A DNA stretch of 64,000 nucleotides from an uncultured SAR86 cluster bacterium (lineage in GTDB: Bacteria; Pseudomonadota; Gammaproteobacteria; Magnimaribacterales; D2472), in the NCBI GenBank assembly GCA_902528875.1, contig CABZTX010000003.1, positions 13,068 to 77,067 of the forward strand. Direction: 5' to 3'. Within the stretch, counting starts at the first letter, position 1. Each line of letters starts with the position of its first letter. A model generated the notes under the pieces. The model saw nothing but the letters and a program-made list of their open reading frames with translations, had not been told where the DNA came from and searched no databases. A program made the position numbers and the translations under genes. This document shows positions 1 through 9,812 of the stretch, one piece after another.

Positions 1-519
1 TATTGAGCTTAAGATATTCCTTAAAAAGCTTTCTGTTAAATTTATAAAAATGAGAATAAATAATGGGGAAAAATCTAAACCTCCAGCTGAAGGTATGATA
101 TTCCTCAATGGACTCATTAATTTATCTGAAACCTCTACAACTAACTCAAGAAAAGCATTAGATTTTTCAGGTGAAACCCAGCTTAAAATCACTCCACCAA
201 TTACTGCAAAGAATATAATTCTTAGAATAAGTAAAAGAGTTTTTAGAATAGATACTGCAGCCAAAGATAACGTTTCGTATTGACTGCCGAAATAAATCAT
301 CAAAGTAATAAATTCTATTAGTACAGATATAAAAAATATATTTATGGTTCTATTTCTAATTATTGATATTTTTTCAATTGGCGAATATATCTTCATTAAC
401 ATACTTACAATAGGATTAAAGTAATTAACTTTTAAAAGGCTGAACAAAAACAGGAATACAAAAGCATAGTTTACTACGTCTAAAATTATTCCTACTATTT
501 CAATACTACTTATATTCAT
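1..519 (-). CDS. yggT: YggT family integral membrane protein (partial, 3' end beyond window start)
   Basis: Absent from the ORF track because it runs off the window. Manual minus-strand translation from ATG at 519 gives MNISSIEIVGIILDVVNYAFVFLFLFSLLKVNYFNPIVSMLMKIYSPIEK...LSWVSPEKSNAFLELVVEVSDKLMSPLRNIIPSAGGLDFSPLFILIF. This contains two YGGT-type repeats. There is an in-frame stop at 541-543 upstream. The gene completes the canonical yggS-proC-yggT order. Confidence 0.75.
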   Translation of the reverse strand, partial: MNISSIEIVGIILDVVNYAFVFLFLFSLLKVNYFNPIVSMLMKIYSPIEKISIIRNRTINIFFISVLIEFITLMIYFGSQYETLSLAAVSILKTLLLILRIIFFAVIGGVILSWVSPEKSNAFLELVVEVSDKLMSPLRNIIPSAGGLDFSPLFILIFINLTESFLRNILSSI

Positions 520-1294
520 TTGATATTTCTTTTGACCTTTTTATTGCAGATTTAATACCATAATCAAAAATATTAAGTAACTTCTTGCTCTTAAAGAGAT
601 TTATTCCTGCTTCAGTGGTTCCTTTCTTAGATGCCACAATGTTAATTAACTCATCCATGGAACCACCATTTTTAATAGATAAAGCAATTCCGTTAAGAAG
701 GCTGGCAATAATTTCTTTAGATTTTAAAGAATCTCCATTACTTAACTTGTTTAAATTTTTTTCATAAGTTTTAAGCAAATAAAAAAAATATGCTGGCCCA
801 CTGCCAATAAAGCCGGTGAACTTGTCCATACTTGATTCTTTGTTAAGCTCTAAAACAATTCCAACTCTATTAAATAGCTTAATAACTTTTTTAAGATTAT
901 TTTCTTTGAAGGTTGAGTTTAAGATAGCTGTAATTCCAGAATTATACTTTGAAGAAGTATTTGGCATAGCACGAAGAAACTCTATATCGTTTCCTCTTTT
1001 TAAATATGACTTTGAGTTAATGCCTGCAACCAAAGATACTACTTTTGGATTCTTATATGATTCTAAAATTGTTTCAAATCCTAACATTGCATCTTTTGGC
1101 TTAACGGCAAGGAAAAAAATATCAATACTTACTTTATGATTGTCTAAATTTTTAATTTTTAATTTTTTTAATCTTTTCTTATTCTCTTTGTTTCTATCCA
1201 AATAAAAAATATCTTTAGATTTAAATCCGTCTTCAATCAATCCCTCAATAATAGATTGCGCAATATTGCCACAACCATAAAATGCAATCCTCAT
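506..1294 (-). CDS. proC: Pyrroline-5-carboxylate reductase
   Basis: N-terminal Rossmann motif MRIAFYGCGNIAQSI. P5C-reductase-like C-terminal region (ASKKGTTEAGINLF). 262 aa. ATGA overlap with yggS. Confidence 0.9.
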   Translation of the reverse strand: MRIAFYGCGNIAQSIIEGLIEDGFKSKDIFYLDRNKENKKRLKKLKIKNLDNHKVSIDIFFLAVKPKDAMLGFETILESYKNPKVVSLVAGINSKSYLKRGNDIEFLRAMPNTSSKYNSGITAILNSTFKENNLKKVIKLFNRVGIVLELNKESSMDKFTGFIGSGPAYFFYLLKTYEKNLNKLSNGDSLKSKEIIASLLNGIALSIKNGGSMDELINIVASKKGTTEAGINLFKSKKLLNIFDYGIKSAIKRSKEISNEYK

Positions 1295-1977
1295 AATCTT
1301 TTTCCAAAAATTGATTCACCAATTCTGATAACATTTGACCCGACTGATACAGCATCTTCAAAGTCTGATGTAGTACCCATTGATATGTATTTGGCCTCAG
1401 GAAAGTGACCCTTTAATTTATTACTAAGATTTATAACTTTTTTCATAGTTTCTATCCTATCTAACCTATTATCAGTTAGCTTTGGGAGTGCCATTATGCC
1501 TTTTAAATTTATATTTTTCATTGATTTAATAAGTTTTGCTAGCTCTATGAAGTTATCTGGATTGCAACCACTTTTAGAATCTTCTGATGAAATATTAACC
1601 TGGATAAAACCATTTATTAATTTGTTTTGTTTTTCGCATTCATCATTAAGTTTAAATATAACTTTTTCTCGGTCCAATGCATGAACCCAATGAGCATGCT
1701 TTGCAATTAGCTTTACTTTGTTTGATTGTATAGGACCAATGAAATGCCATAAAATTTCTTCATCATTAACCATTTCAGCTTTAGTTTTTAATTCTTGTGC
1801 ATAGTTTTCACCAAAATCTTTCACACCTAAATTATTTGCAATTTTTATAAGGCTGAAATCCTTTTTTTTCGAAACAGCAATGATCTTAACTTCTTTAGAA
1901 TCAAAATTATTATTTGAAGCAATCTCTTCAATCCTTTGTTTGATGTTTTTTAAATTAACTGCTATTTTTTCTTGCAT
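1291..1977 (-). CDS. yggS: YggS family pyridoxal-phosphate homeostasis protein
   Basis: FGENYAQE, WHFIGPIQSNK and SMGTTSDF motifs of the YggS/PROSC family. Lies upstream of proC as in most gammaproteobacteria. Confidence 0.9.
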   Translation of the reverse strand: MQEKIAVNLKNIKQRIEEIASNNNFDSKEVKIIAVSKKKDFSLIKIANNLGVKDFGENYAQELKTKAEMVNDEEILWHFIGPIQSNKVKLIAKHAHWVHALDREKVIFKLNDECEKQNKLINGFIQVNISSEDSKSGCNPDNFIELAKLIKSMKNINLKGIMALPKLTDNRLDRIETMKKVINLSNKLKGHFPEAKYISMGTTSDFEDAVSVGSNVIRIGESIFGKRL

Positions 1978-2495
1978 ACTGTTCTTAGTCTAGGATCAAA
2001 ACCTTTTTTAGTTATTTTTTCCTTTGAATTATTTGCTGCAGATTTATTTTCATAGGGACCTGATATAACACTGTGCAAAAGCTTTCCTGGTAATTGTGAA
2101 CTATAGATGTCATTGATTGAGATATTTTCAATTTCAACATTTAAAATATTTTGAGCTTCAACAGCAAACTTTTTGTTACCGTATGCCCCAATCTGAACAA
2201 AGTATTCACAATTTTCTGCTGATAATATGCTATTTGATTCAATTAAAACTGAATTCTCCATTAGGGAAGTTGGGAAATCAATTATTATATTATTTGATAC
2301 TATTTCTGATTGAAAAGATCTAACATCCGACTTAAAAAAGAACATTGAAGTTAATATTAGTCCAACACTTATAGTTATTAAGGAAAGGATTGTTTCTGAG
2401 CTAATTGTGTTTAAAGATTTTCTCTTTGATCTAAACACAGACTTCCTTTTGCTTGCTTTTTTTGTAGAAGCTCTATTCGCAAAATCTTTCATCAA
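1962..2495 (-). CDS. SPOR domain-containing membrane protein
   Basis: Basic N-terminus, one TM helix (ILSLITISVGLILTSMFFF) and a C-terminal SPOR-like segment (YFVQIGAYGNKKFAVEAQ...ISGPYENKSAA). Sits directly downstream of argS, a common arrangement. Confidence 0.6.
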   Translation of the reverse strand: MMKDFANRASTKKASKRKSVFRSKRKSLNTISSETILSLITISVGLILTSMFFFKSDVRSFQSEIVSNNIIIDFPTSLMENSVLIESNSILSAENCEYFVQIGAYGNKKFAVEAQNILNVEIENISINDIYSSQLPGKLLHSVISGPYENKSAANNSKEKITKKGFDPRLRTVCKKK

Positions 2496-2496
2496 A

Positions 2497-4233
2497 TCAC
2501 ATTTTTTTCATTGGAGTTATTCCTAGTAAACCTAGCCCATTAGCAATTGTCTGTTTCACTCCCCCCAAACAGAACATGATTAATTCAATATTTTCTTCAG
2601 ATTCTGATAAAACGTGATTATCATTATAAAAACTATGGAAAAGCTGAGATAAATCTCTCAAATAAAAAACTATTAAGTGAGGCTGAAGAGAATTTGAAGA
2701 CTTAAGTACTAAATTTGGAAACTTACTTATCTCATGAATTAATTCATCACACTTACTATATGAATTATTTTTTATATCAGCTTTACTAGCAATTTGCTTT
2801 TTAGTGATTTTTTTATATTTGTCTTCAATTGAGAATATTCTTGCGTGCGCATATTGTATGTAGTAAAAAATATTTTCTTTACTATCTGACTTAGCCAAAT
2901 CAAGATCAAAATCTAAATGCTGATCAGCTTGTTTTGATAAGTAATAAAATCTTGCAGCATCAGCACCTATATCATCTATTAAATCTTTTAAGGAATAAAA
3001 ATCTCCTGACCTTGTCGACATTTTAATTTTTTTACCTTTCTTAAAAAGATTTGCAAATTGAACAAGCTTTACAATCAATTTATCTTTTGAAGTTCCTAAA
3101 CCTTCAACAGAAGCCTCAATCCTTTTAATGTATCCATGGTGGTCCGCCCCCCAAACATTTATTAATTTATCAAAACCTCTATCAATTTTATTTTTATGAT
3201 AGGCTACATCTGAGGCAAAATAAGTTGCACGACCGTCTTTCCTCACTAATACTCGATGCTTGTCATCACCACAACTTTCCGTATTAAGCCATATTGCGCC
3301 GTCCTTTTCATATCCTATTCCATCTTCACTTAATTTGGTTATCGAAGAAGAAATTTCAGAATTTGGCTCCTTAATGCTTCCCAGTGATGATTCATAAAAC
3401 CATTCATCAAACAAAACATTAAAATTACTTAGGTCTTCCTTTATAAGATCGACAATGATCGAAAGTGAATGATTTTTAACTTTGTTCCAAATCATTAAAT
3501 CTTTTGTTTTAAGACTGGTAATTATTTCATTAATTTCATCTTCAGCATCGCTGGGCAAATTACTTATAAGATTACTTGCTTCATTAAATTTAATTTCCTC
3601 TCCAAATTTTTCTCCAATAATCTCTATATATTCACCTCTATATGCATTTTGTGGGAAAAATCCATTAAGTTCTTTTTTAAGCATCCTAATAATTACACTA
3701 GCTGTGAGGATGTCTATTTGTCTTCCTGCATCATTGACATAATATTCCTTCTCAACCTCGTAACCAGTATTTTTCAGAATTCTGGATAATGCATCCCCGT
3801 AGGCAGCTCCTCTTCCGTGTCCAACATGAAGAGGGCCAGTAGGGTTAGCTGAGACAAACTCTATTTGAACCTTTTTACTCCCACCAAAATTAGAAGATCC
3901 ATAGCTGACATTTTTTTCATAAATATTATTTAAGGTAGATAAAAAATCCTGTCTTTTAAGAGTAATATTAATAAATCCAGGACCAGCTATATCTACGTTT
4001 TCAAATATTTTAAGATCACTAATTCTTTTATGCAGATCTATAGCCAATTTTTTTGGATTAGACTTGAGAATGCTACCAGCAATCATGCAAACATTAGTTG
4101 TAATATGACCATTTTTTAAACTTTCTGATATGGAGGTCTTAAACTTTTCACAAATTTCGCTAACGGAATCTTTTTCAATTCCATCAATGGAACTGATAAA
4201 TAATTTTATTTCTTTATTAATTTTATTTATCAA
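2497..4233 (-). CDS. argS: Arginine--tRNA ligase
   Basis: Class I HIGH motif (PTGPLHVGHGRGAAYGD) and KMSK-like motif (KIKMSTRSG). 578 aa. The start codon is TTG at 4233, forming a TTGA overlap with the efp stop. Confidence 0.95.
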   Translation of the reverse strand: MINKINKEIKLFISSIDGIEKDSVSEICEKFKTSISESLKNGHITTNVCMIAGSILKSNPKKLAIDLHKRISDLKIFENVDIAGPGFINITLKRQDFLSTLNNIYEKNVSYGSSNFGGSKKVQIEFVSANPTGPLHVGHGRGAAYGDALSRILKNTGYEVEKEYYVNDAGRQIDILTASVIIRMLKKELNGFFPQNAYRGEYIEIIGEKFGEEIKFNEASNLISNLPSDAEDEINEIITSLKTKDLMIWNKVKNHSLSIIVDLIKEDLSNFNVLFDEWFYESSLGSIKEPNSEISSSITKLSEDGIGYEKDGAIWLNTESCGDDKHRVLVRKDGRATYFASDVAYHKNKIDRGFDKLINVWGADHHGYIKRIEASVEGLGTSKDKLIVKLVQFANLFKKGKKIKMSTRSGDFYSLKDLIDDIGADAARFYYLSKQADQHLDFDLDLAKSDSKENIFYYIQYAHARIFSIEDKYKKITKKQIASKADIKNNSYSKCDELIHEISKFPNLVLKSSNSLQPHLIVFYLRDLSQLFHSFYNDNHVLSESEENIELIMFCLGGVKQTIANGLGLLGITPMKKM

Positions 4234-4796
4234 GTTTTAGCTCTTCCAACATAAGACATATCTCGAGTATCTACCTTGATAGTTTCATTTTCATTCACGA
4301 ACAAAGGTACCTGAATTGAAATATCAGTCTCTAGTAATGCATTTTTAGTAGCACCAGAAACTGTATCGCCTTTAACACCTGGTTCTGCTTGAATAATTTT
4401 TAACTCAACAATTGTTGGTGGATTTACCAGAATTGGCTCATCATTCCAAAATACAATCTCACAAATCTCTTGACCAGTGATCCATTTTTTTGCATCTAAC
4501 ATTTTTTCAGAACTAATTTCAACTTGTTCATAGTTGCTGGTATCCATGAAATGCCATTTCTCTTTATCCTGATATAAGAATTCCATTTCTCTATGCTTTA
4601 CATCTGCAGCCTCAACCGTTTCACCAGTTTTAAAAGTCTTATCGTTTGTGCTTCCAGTAATTAAGTTTTTATATTTTACTCGCATCACAGCCTGACCTTT
4701 GCCGGGTTTATGAAACTCATGTTCAACTATCGAACACGGGGCATTATCAATAATCAACTTTGTACCATTTTTGAACTGATTTGTAGAAATTTTCAT
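4230..4796 (-). CDS. efp: Elongation factor P
   Basis: MKISTNQFKNGTKLIIDNAPCSIVEHEFHKPGKGQAVMRVKYKNL is the EF-P N-terminal domain with the PGKG loop (Lys-type modification site). 188 aa. Confidence 0.95.
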   Translation of the reverse strand: MKISTNQFKNGTKLIIDNAPCSIVEHEFHKPGKGQAVMRVKYKNLITGSTNDKTFKTGETVEAADVKHREMEFLYQDKEKWHFMDTSNYEQVEISSEKMLDAKKWITGQEICEIVFWNDEPILVNPPTIVELKIIQAEPGVKGDTVSGATKNALLETDISIQVPLFVNENETIKVDTRDMSYVGRAKT

Positions 4797-4838
4797 ATTA
4801 GATTTATTTTATGTTATTTTAATATCGAGGTAGCACAA

Positions 4839-6659
4839 ATGAAAATTTTTTTAAGCATGATTTGTATTATATTTATTGTATCTTCTTGTGATACTAGTAG
4901 CGAACAAAACAGTCAGAATCGAATGCTTGAGGATTTTTTGACTAAAGTAGAAGAAGAAAACAAAAAAGATGGTCCAATAATTTCATCAGCCTCATGGATT
5001 AGTTCAAATTTTATAACCTTTGATTCACAAAAAATTCTTGCTGACTATGGAACTCGTTATACTCTCAACTCACTAGAAAAAGCTAGAATGGCTTCAAATT
5101 TTGATAATGTCCTAACATCTCCTGAAAATAGGAGGATGTTGAATATCCTCAAAAGTTCATTTGTAATGCCTCCACCATTAGATGAATCTTTGGCCAGTGA
5201 GTTATCTAAAATAACAACAGGCCTCGAGGCTATGTATGGTTCAGGTGAATACTGCTATGAAGATGGACATTGCTTCGATTTAGAAGCATTCGAAGCAATT
5301 ATTGACAAGTCGAGAAATCCTAAGCAGCTGTTAAGTGCATGGCGAGGGTGGCATGAGATTGGTAAACCGATGAAACCAATGTATTTACGCATGGTTGAAA
5401 TTGGAAATAAAGGATCCAAAGATCTTGGTTATGATGGCCTAAGCGATCTTTGGTTTAGTAAATATGATATGCCAGCAGATGAGTTTTTGAATGAAACAGA
5501 TAGAGTCTGGGATGAGGTAAAGCCATTGTACGATGCATTACATTGTCATGTTAGAGCAAAGTTAAATGATCATTATGGTGATGATGTGATCTCAAAAACA
5601 GGACCACTGCCTGTTCATATGCTTGGAAATATGTGGGGTCAATCATGGTCAAATATATATGATTTAGTTTATACAAAAGAAGCTAATGATAATTCAATTG
5701 ATGTAACACAAATTATTAAGGATAAAAATTTATCTGAAATCGAGATGGTCGAATACGCAGAAGATTTTTTCTTATCAATAGGATTTGAACCTTTGCCTGA
5801 AACATTTTGGGAGCGATCTTTATTTGTAAAACCCTTAGATCGATCAGTGGTTTGTCATGCATCGGCATGGAACCTTGATCCTGTAGAAAATGATCTAAGA
5901 ATAAAAATGTGTATTGAAAAAAATGAAGAAGACTTTACAACAATACATCACGAATTAGGACATATTTTTTATTATCAAGCATATAATCATTTACCAACAT
6001 TATTCCAAGGTGGCGCCAACGATGGTTTCCATGAAGCGTTCGGTGATTTACTTACATTATCAATAACACCTGACTATCTTAATCAAATAGGATTCATCTC
6101 AAAAGATGAAGCAAAGTTAGCTAAGGAAGATCCTATAGGCCTTTTAATGAAACAAGCTCTAGAAGGAATTGTTGTTGTTCCATGGGCTTTAATGCTTGAT
6201 AAGTGGAGATCAGGAGTTTTTAATGGAGAAATTAACGATACTAATCTAAACTCTTCTTGGTGGGAGTTAAGAGAGCAATACCAAGGAATAAGTACTTCTG
6301 AAACAAGAGATGAGAGATACTTTGATCCTGGAGCAAAGTATCATATTCCTGGAAATACTCCATATACTAGATATTATTTAGCAAGAATTATGCAATATCA
6401 ATTTCATGAAGCACTTTGTAATTCGATTGGATTTGAAGGAAATCTCCATGATTGTTCTATATACGGTAGTATGGAAGCTGGAGAAAAAATTATTTCTACC
6501 ATGGCAATGGGAGAAAGTTTACCTTGGCAAGACGCTTTTGAGAATTTAACAGGTTCAAGAAAGCTTAGTGGGAAATCTATATTAAATTATTATAATCCTC
6601 TAATGACTTGGCTTAATGAGCAGAATAAAAACAGAACATGTGGATGGGTAAAATCATGA
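4839..6659 (+). CDS. M2 family (angiotensin-converting-enzyme-like) peptidyl-dipeptidase, predicted lipoprotein
   Basis: Zinc motif of the M2 type, HHELGHIFYY followed 24 residues later by HEAFGD. I moved the start to ATG 4839 (MKIFLSMICIIFIVSSC, lipobox VSSC). The 43 upstream codons in the ORF track overlap efp and have no signal-peptide character. Confidence 0.85.
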   Translation: MKIFLSMICIIFIVSSCDTSSEQNSQNRMLEDFLTKVEEENKKDGPIISSASWISSNFITFDSQKILADYGTRYTLNSLEKARMASNFDNVLTSPENRRMLNILKSSFVMPPPLDESLASELSKITTGLEAMYGSGEYCYEDGHCFDLEAFEAIIDKSRNPKQLLSAWRGWHEIGKPMKPMYLRMVEIGNKGSKDLGYDGLSDLWFSKYDMPADEFLNETDRVWDEVKPLYDALHCHVRAKLNDHYGDDVISKTGPLPVHMLGNMWGQSWSNIYDLVYTKEANDNSIDVTQIIKDKNLSEIEMVEYAEDFFLSIGFEPLPETFWERSLFVKPLDRSVVCHASAWNLDPVENDLRIKMCIEKNEEDFTTIHHELGHIFYYQAYNHLPTLFQGGANDGFHEAFGDLLTLSITPDYLNQIGFISKDEAKLAKEDPIGLLMKQALEGIVVVPWALMLDKWRSGVFNGEINDTNLNSSWWELREQYQGISTSETRDERYFDPGAKYHIPGNTPYTRYYLARIMQYQFHEALCNSIGFEGNLHDCSIYGSMEAGEKIISTMAMGESLPWQDAFENLTGSRKLSGKSILNYYNPLMTWLNEQNKNRTCGWVKS

Positions 6660-7504
6660 AGTGGTATTCATATGTTTTTTTATCTCTCCTAGCTTTCTTT
6701 CTAACTATGGGTATAGCTTATGCTGTAGGAAGTAGATTAGTTTTTATTGCAGTTTTATTAGCATTTTTGATTAGTTGGATTGCCTATATACCGGCTTATA
6801 TTTTTCAGACTGAAAAATTTTATGACTTAACAGGTAGTATTAAATACTTATTTCTAACATGGTTTATTTATGTTCTTTCATATGAGTTATATGGTTTCAA
6901 CATAGGAAACTTAATTTTGGCGACTCTCATATCTATTTGGACAATAAGATTAGGTAGTTTTTTATTTATGAGAATTCATAAAGATGGAGAAGATAAAAGA
7001 TTTAGGACTATAAAAACGTCAGCTTCACAATTTTTCTTAACATGGACACTTTCAGGAATGTGGGTGTCTTTGTGTTCAATCTGTGCTTTAACTGCAATAG
7101 CCAATCCTTTTGGGGTGACTTTGAATTTAGTAACATATATTGGTATTGGGTTATTTCTTCTTGGATTTGGTATTGAGGTAATTGCAGATAAACAAAAAAC
7201 AGCTTTTAGATCAATAATAGAAAACAAGAATGCATTTATTACTTCTGGACTATGGTCTAAATCAAGACATCCAAATTATTTAGGAGAGATCATCTTATGG
7301 TTTGCAATAGCTGTAATATCTTTTTCATCTCTTAGTGGAACACAATATATCGCACTCATATCTCCAATTTTTACATATTTATTACTTGTATACGTTAGTG
7401 GTGTAAGGATGTTGGAGGATAGGGCTAATAAAAAATGGGGAAATCTAATTGAGTATCAAGATTATAAGAAAAAAACGCCTATTTTATTTTTTAAGATTTT
7501 TTAA
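6656..7504 (+). CDS. DUF1295 / steroid-5-alpha-reductase-like multipass membrane protein
   Basis: Several TM helices plus the SRHPNYLGEIILW motif typical of DUF1295/ICMT-like membrane enzymes. ATG 6656 forms an ATGA overlap with the peptidase stop. ATG 6638 is also possible. Confidence 0.7.
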   Translation: MKWYSYVFLSLLAFFLTMGIAYAVGSRLVFIAVLLAFLISWIAYIPAYIFQTEKFYDLTGSIKYLFLTWFIYVLSYELYGFNIGNLILATLISIWTIRLGSFLFMRIHKDGEDKRFRTIKTSASQFFLTWTLSGMWVSLCSICALTAIANPFGVTLNLVTYIGIGLFLLGFGIEVIADKQKTAFRSIIENKNAFITSGLWSKSRHPNYLGEIILWFAIAVISFSSLSGTQYIALISPIFTYLLLVYVSGVRMLEDRANKKWGNLIEYQDYKKKTPILFFKIF

Positions 7505-7648
7505 TAGCTCTTAAAATAAAGTAATTTTTTATTTTTTTTATGGATTAAAAAGTTATTTATTTAAGATTTTAATGTCATAAAAATATATAAAATTGTTTTA
7601 TTTATTGTTCTTAGACTGTTAACATAAAAAAACTTTAGGGAGTACGTA

Positions 7649-8419
7649 ATGCATAAATATGTAAACACAATATTTTTATCAACATTTCTAAGCTTTAGCT
7701 GTTTTATTCTTGCTAACAATGAAGTAAATATTGAAACAAGTATGGAAAATGTTCTTGAGGTTGGCAGAGAAAATCAAGAACTTTCAGCATCATCACAAGA
7801 CAAAATCGATGCCACCGAAAAACAAACTGATAAAATCATTAATGAATACAAAGTTGTATCCAAGCAGGTTGAAGGATTAAAACTTTATAACGCACAAAAA
7901 AGAATACAAATTCAGGCTCAGCTTGACTTAATGGATAAGCTTGATGAACAGCTTGTTCAGGTTGTAGTTATGCAAAGACAAATTCCGCCATTGGCTCAAA
8001 AAATGCTTGAAACCCTTGAAACTTTTGTAAAGCTTGATACTCCATTTAGACTTGAGGAAAGAAGAAATAGAATTGATTTAGTCAGAGCATCACTTTCTAA
8101 ACCTAAGGTTACAGCTTCAGAGCAAGTAAGGCAGGTCTTAGAGGCTTACAATATTGAAGCTGAATATGGAAGAAAAATTGATACATATGAAGATAAGCTA
8201 GTTGACGGAACTGTAGTAAATATACTTGTTATTGGAAGAATTGGAATGTTCTATCAAACCCTTGATGAAAGAGATAGTGGCAGATGGAATAATGAGCTTG
8301 GCGAGTGGGAAGATTTGCCAAATACTTATAGAAAACCCATAAGAGATGGAATAAGAATGGCTAAGAAATTAATACCTACTGATATGCTCTTAATGCCTGT
8401 TGTAAAGGGAGAGGTATAA
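7649..8419 (+). CDS. DUF3450 periplasmic coiled-coil protein (TtpB-like component of TonB2-type systems)
   Basis: Signal peptide, coiled-coil region, and a PFRLEERRNRIDLVRASL...EQVRQVLEAYNIEAEYGRKIDTY segment typical of DUF3450. First gene of the cluster, preceded by the SD-like GGGAG. Confidence 0.75.
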   Translation: MHKYVNTIFLSTFLSFSCFILANNEVNIETSMENVLEVGRENQELSASSQDKIDATEKQTDKIINEYKVVSKQVEGLKLYNAQKRIQIQAQLDLMDKLDEQLVQVVVMQRQIPPLAQKMLETLETFVKLDTPFRLEERRNRIDLVRASLSKPKVTASEQVRQVLEAYNIEAEYGRKIDTYEDKLVDGTVVNILVIGRIGMFYQTLDERDSGRWNNELGEWEDLPNTYRKPIRDGIRMAKKLIPTDMLLMPVVKGEV

Positions 8420-9804
8420 TGAAGAATTTGTATTTATTAATCTTTACTCTTGTCTTCTCTTTTAGTTTTCTTCAAGCACAGGACTCAGAAGAAGATGCTC
8501 CTGAGATTTCCACTGTAGAGGCATTATTACTATTAGTTAAGGATGGAAAAACAAAAGAGCAATCAGTGAATGCTGAAAGAGAAGCCCAGTTTTTAGCAGA
8601 CAAAAATAAACAAGCTTCGATTCTTGCCGCTGAAAAAAGAGAATTAGCCAGACAAGAAAGGATTGCAGATCAACTTGAAGCAGAATATAAAAAGAATGAG
8701 GGCATCCTTAGAGTTAAAGAAGAAGCCTATCAAAAAGAACTAGGTTCGTTAGTTGAATTATTTGGACATCTTCAAAGTTCGGCTGGTGAAGCAGCAGTTC
8801 AATTTTCAGGTTCTCTTTCTAGTGCCCAATATGGACAAGAAAGAGTTTCATTCCTAAATGAACTAACGTCTAAGATGTCTGAGACAACTGAATTACCTAC
8901 AATTAGAGAAATTGAAGGACTATGGTATGAGCTTCAAAGAGAGTTAGTCGCAAGTGGTCAGGTAGTATCCTTTGATACAGATGTTACTGAGGTAGGTGGC
9001 CAATCTTCATCATGTAATGTAACAAGGGTTGGTTTGTTTAATGCTGTTTGTGATGGAAAGTATCTAAAATATGTTGCATCAACAGGTGGCTACGCATTTT
9101 TACCAAGACAGCCAGCTGGAAGATATACTAGTACAGCTAAAAAAGTTGGTAACGCAGAAGTTGGTGATCAAGTTAAATTTGGAGTAGATCCTACTGGACC
9201 TACTGGAGGAAGTTTGCTTGCAAACTTAATACAAACGCCTTCATTGGCTGAAAGAGCAGCACAAGGAAGAGAAGTAGGTTATGCAATTATTACTGTTGGT
9301 TTGATAGGTATTGGTATTGCGTTTTGGAAACTTTATAGTTTATATATGCTAGGAGCTGCTGTAAGAAAACAAGCAGGTTCAAGCACCCTTGACGTAAGAA
9401 ATCCATTAGGAAGAGTTCTAAAAATAGGTGAAGAAAACTTTAACAAAGACATTGATACTCTCGAATTAAAACTTGCAGAAGCGATAATGGCAGAAAGACC
9501 ATCTATTGAAAAGGGAATTGGTGCAGTAAGAATAATATCTGTAGTAGCTCCTCTCGCAGGACTATTGGGAACTGTTACAGGTATGATTGTAACTTTCCAA
9601 ATGATAACACTTTACGGTACAGGTGATCCTAAGTTGATGGCTGGTGGTATATCACAAGCACTTGTCACAACTGTTTTAGGTTTGTTAGTAGCGATACCAA
9701 CAACTCTTTTGCATTCTTTCACTGCTTCCTCTGCAAAAGGCATTATAAGTGTGCTTGAAGAGCAAAGTACTGGCATTTTAGCCGAAAGAGCTGAAAAAAT
9801 TTAA
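8419..9804 (+). CDS. Long MotA/TolQ/ExbB family proton-channel protein (TtpC-like)
   Basis: 461 aa. Long periplasmic coiled-coil N-terminal part, then the MotA/ExbB channel core (APLAGLLGTVTGMIVTFQMI...GGISQALVTTVLGLLVAIP). TAATG overlap with the DUF3450 gene. Confidence 0.8.
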   Translation: MKNLYLLIFTLVFSFSFLQAQDSEEDAPEISTVEALLLLVKDGKTKEQSVNAEREAQFLADKNKQASILAAEKRELARQERIADQLEAEYKKNEGILRVKEEAYQKELGSLVELFGHLQSSAGEAAVQFSGSLSSAQYGQERVSFLNELTSKMSETTELPTIREIEGLWYELQRELVASGQVVSFDTDVTEVGGQSSSCNVTRVGLFNAVCDGKYLKYVASTGGYAFLPRQPAGRYTSTAKKVGNAEVGDQVKFGVDPTGPTGGSLLANLIQTPSLAERAAQGREVGYAIITVGLIGIGIAFWKLYSLYMLGAAVRKQAGSSTLDVRNPLGRVLKIGEENFNKDIDTLELKLAEAIMAERPSIEKGIGAVRIISVVAPLAGLLGTVTGMIVTFQMITLYGTGDPKLMAGGISQALVTTVLGLLVAIPTTLLHSFTASSAKGIISVLEEQSTGILAERAEKI

Positions 9805-9812
9805 TAGGTAAT

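Noticed and set aside
50-283. 77-aa + strand ORF at the left edge of the window
   Set aside because: It lies antisense to a much better gene. The minus strand here translates as a YggT protein with conserved motifs, completing yggS-proC-yggT. The + ORF has no recognisable features.
4710-4838. 43-codon N-terminal extension of the M2 peptidase ORF, overlapping efp
   Set aside because: The extension overlaps the efp coding start on the opposite strand and has no signal-peptide character. The internal ATG at 4839 gives a textbook lipoprotein signal peptide.
7505-7648. Possible Fur box upstream of the TonB2-type cluster
   Set aside because: The best candidate (TTTAATGTCATAAAAATAT) matches only about 7 of 19 positions of the GATAATGATAATCATTATC consensus. 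That is indistinguishable from background in DNA this AT-rich.
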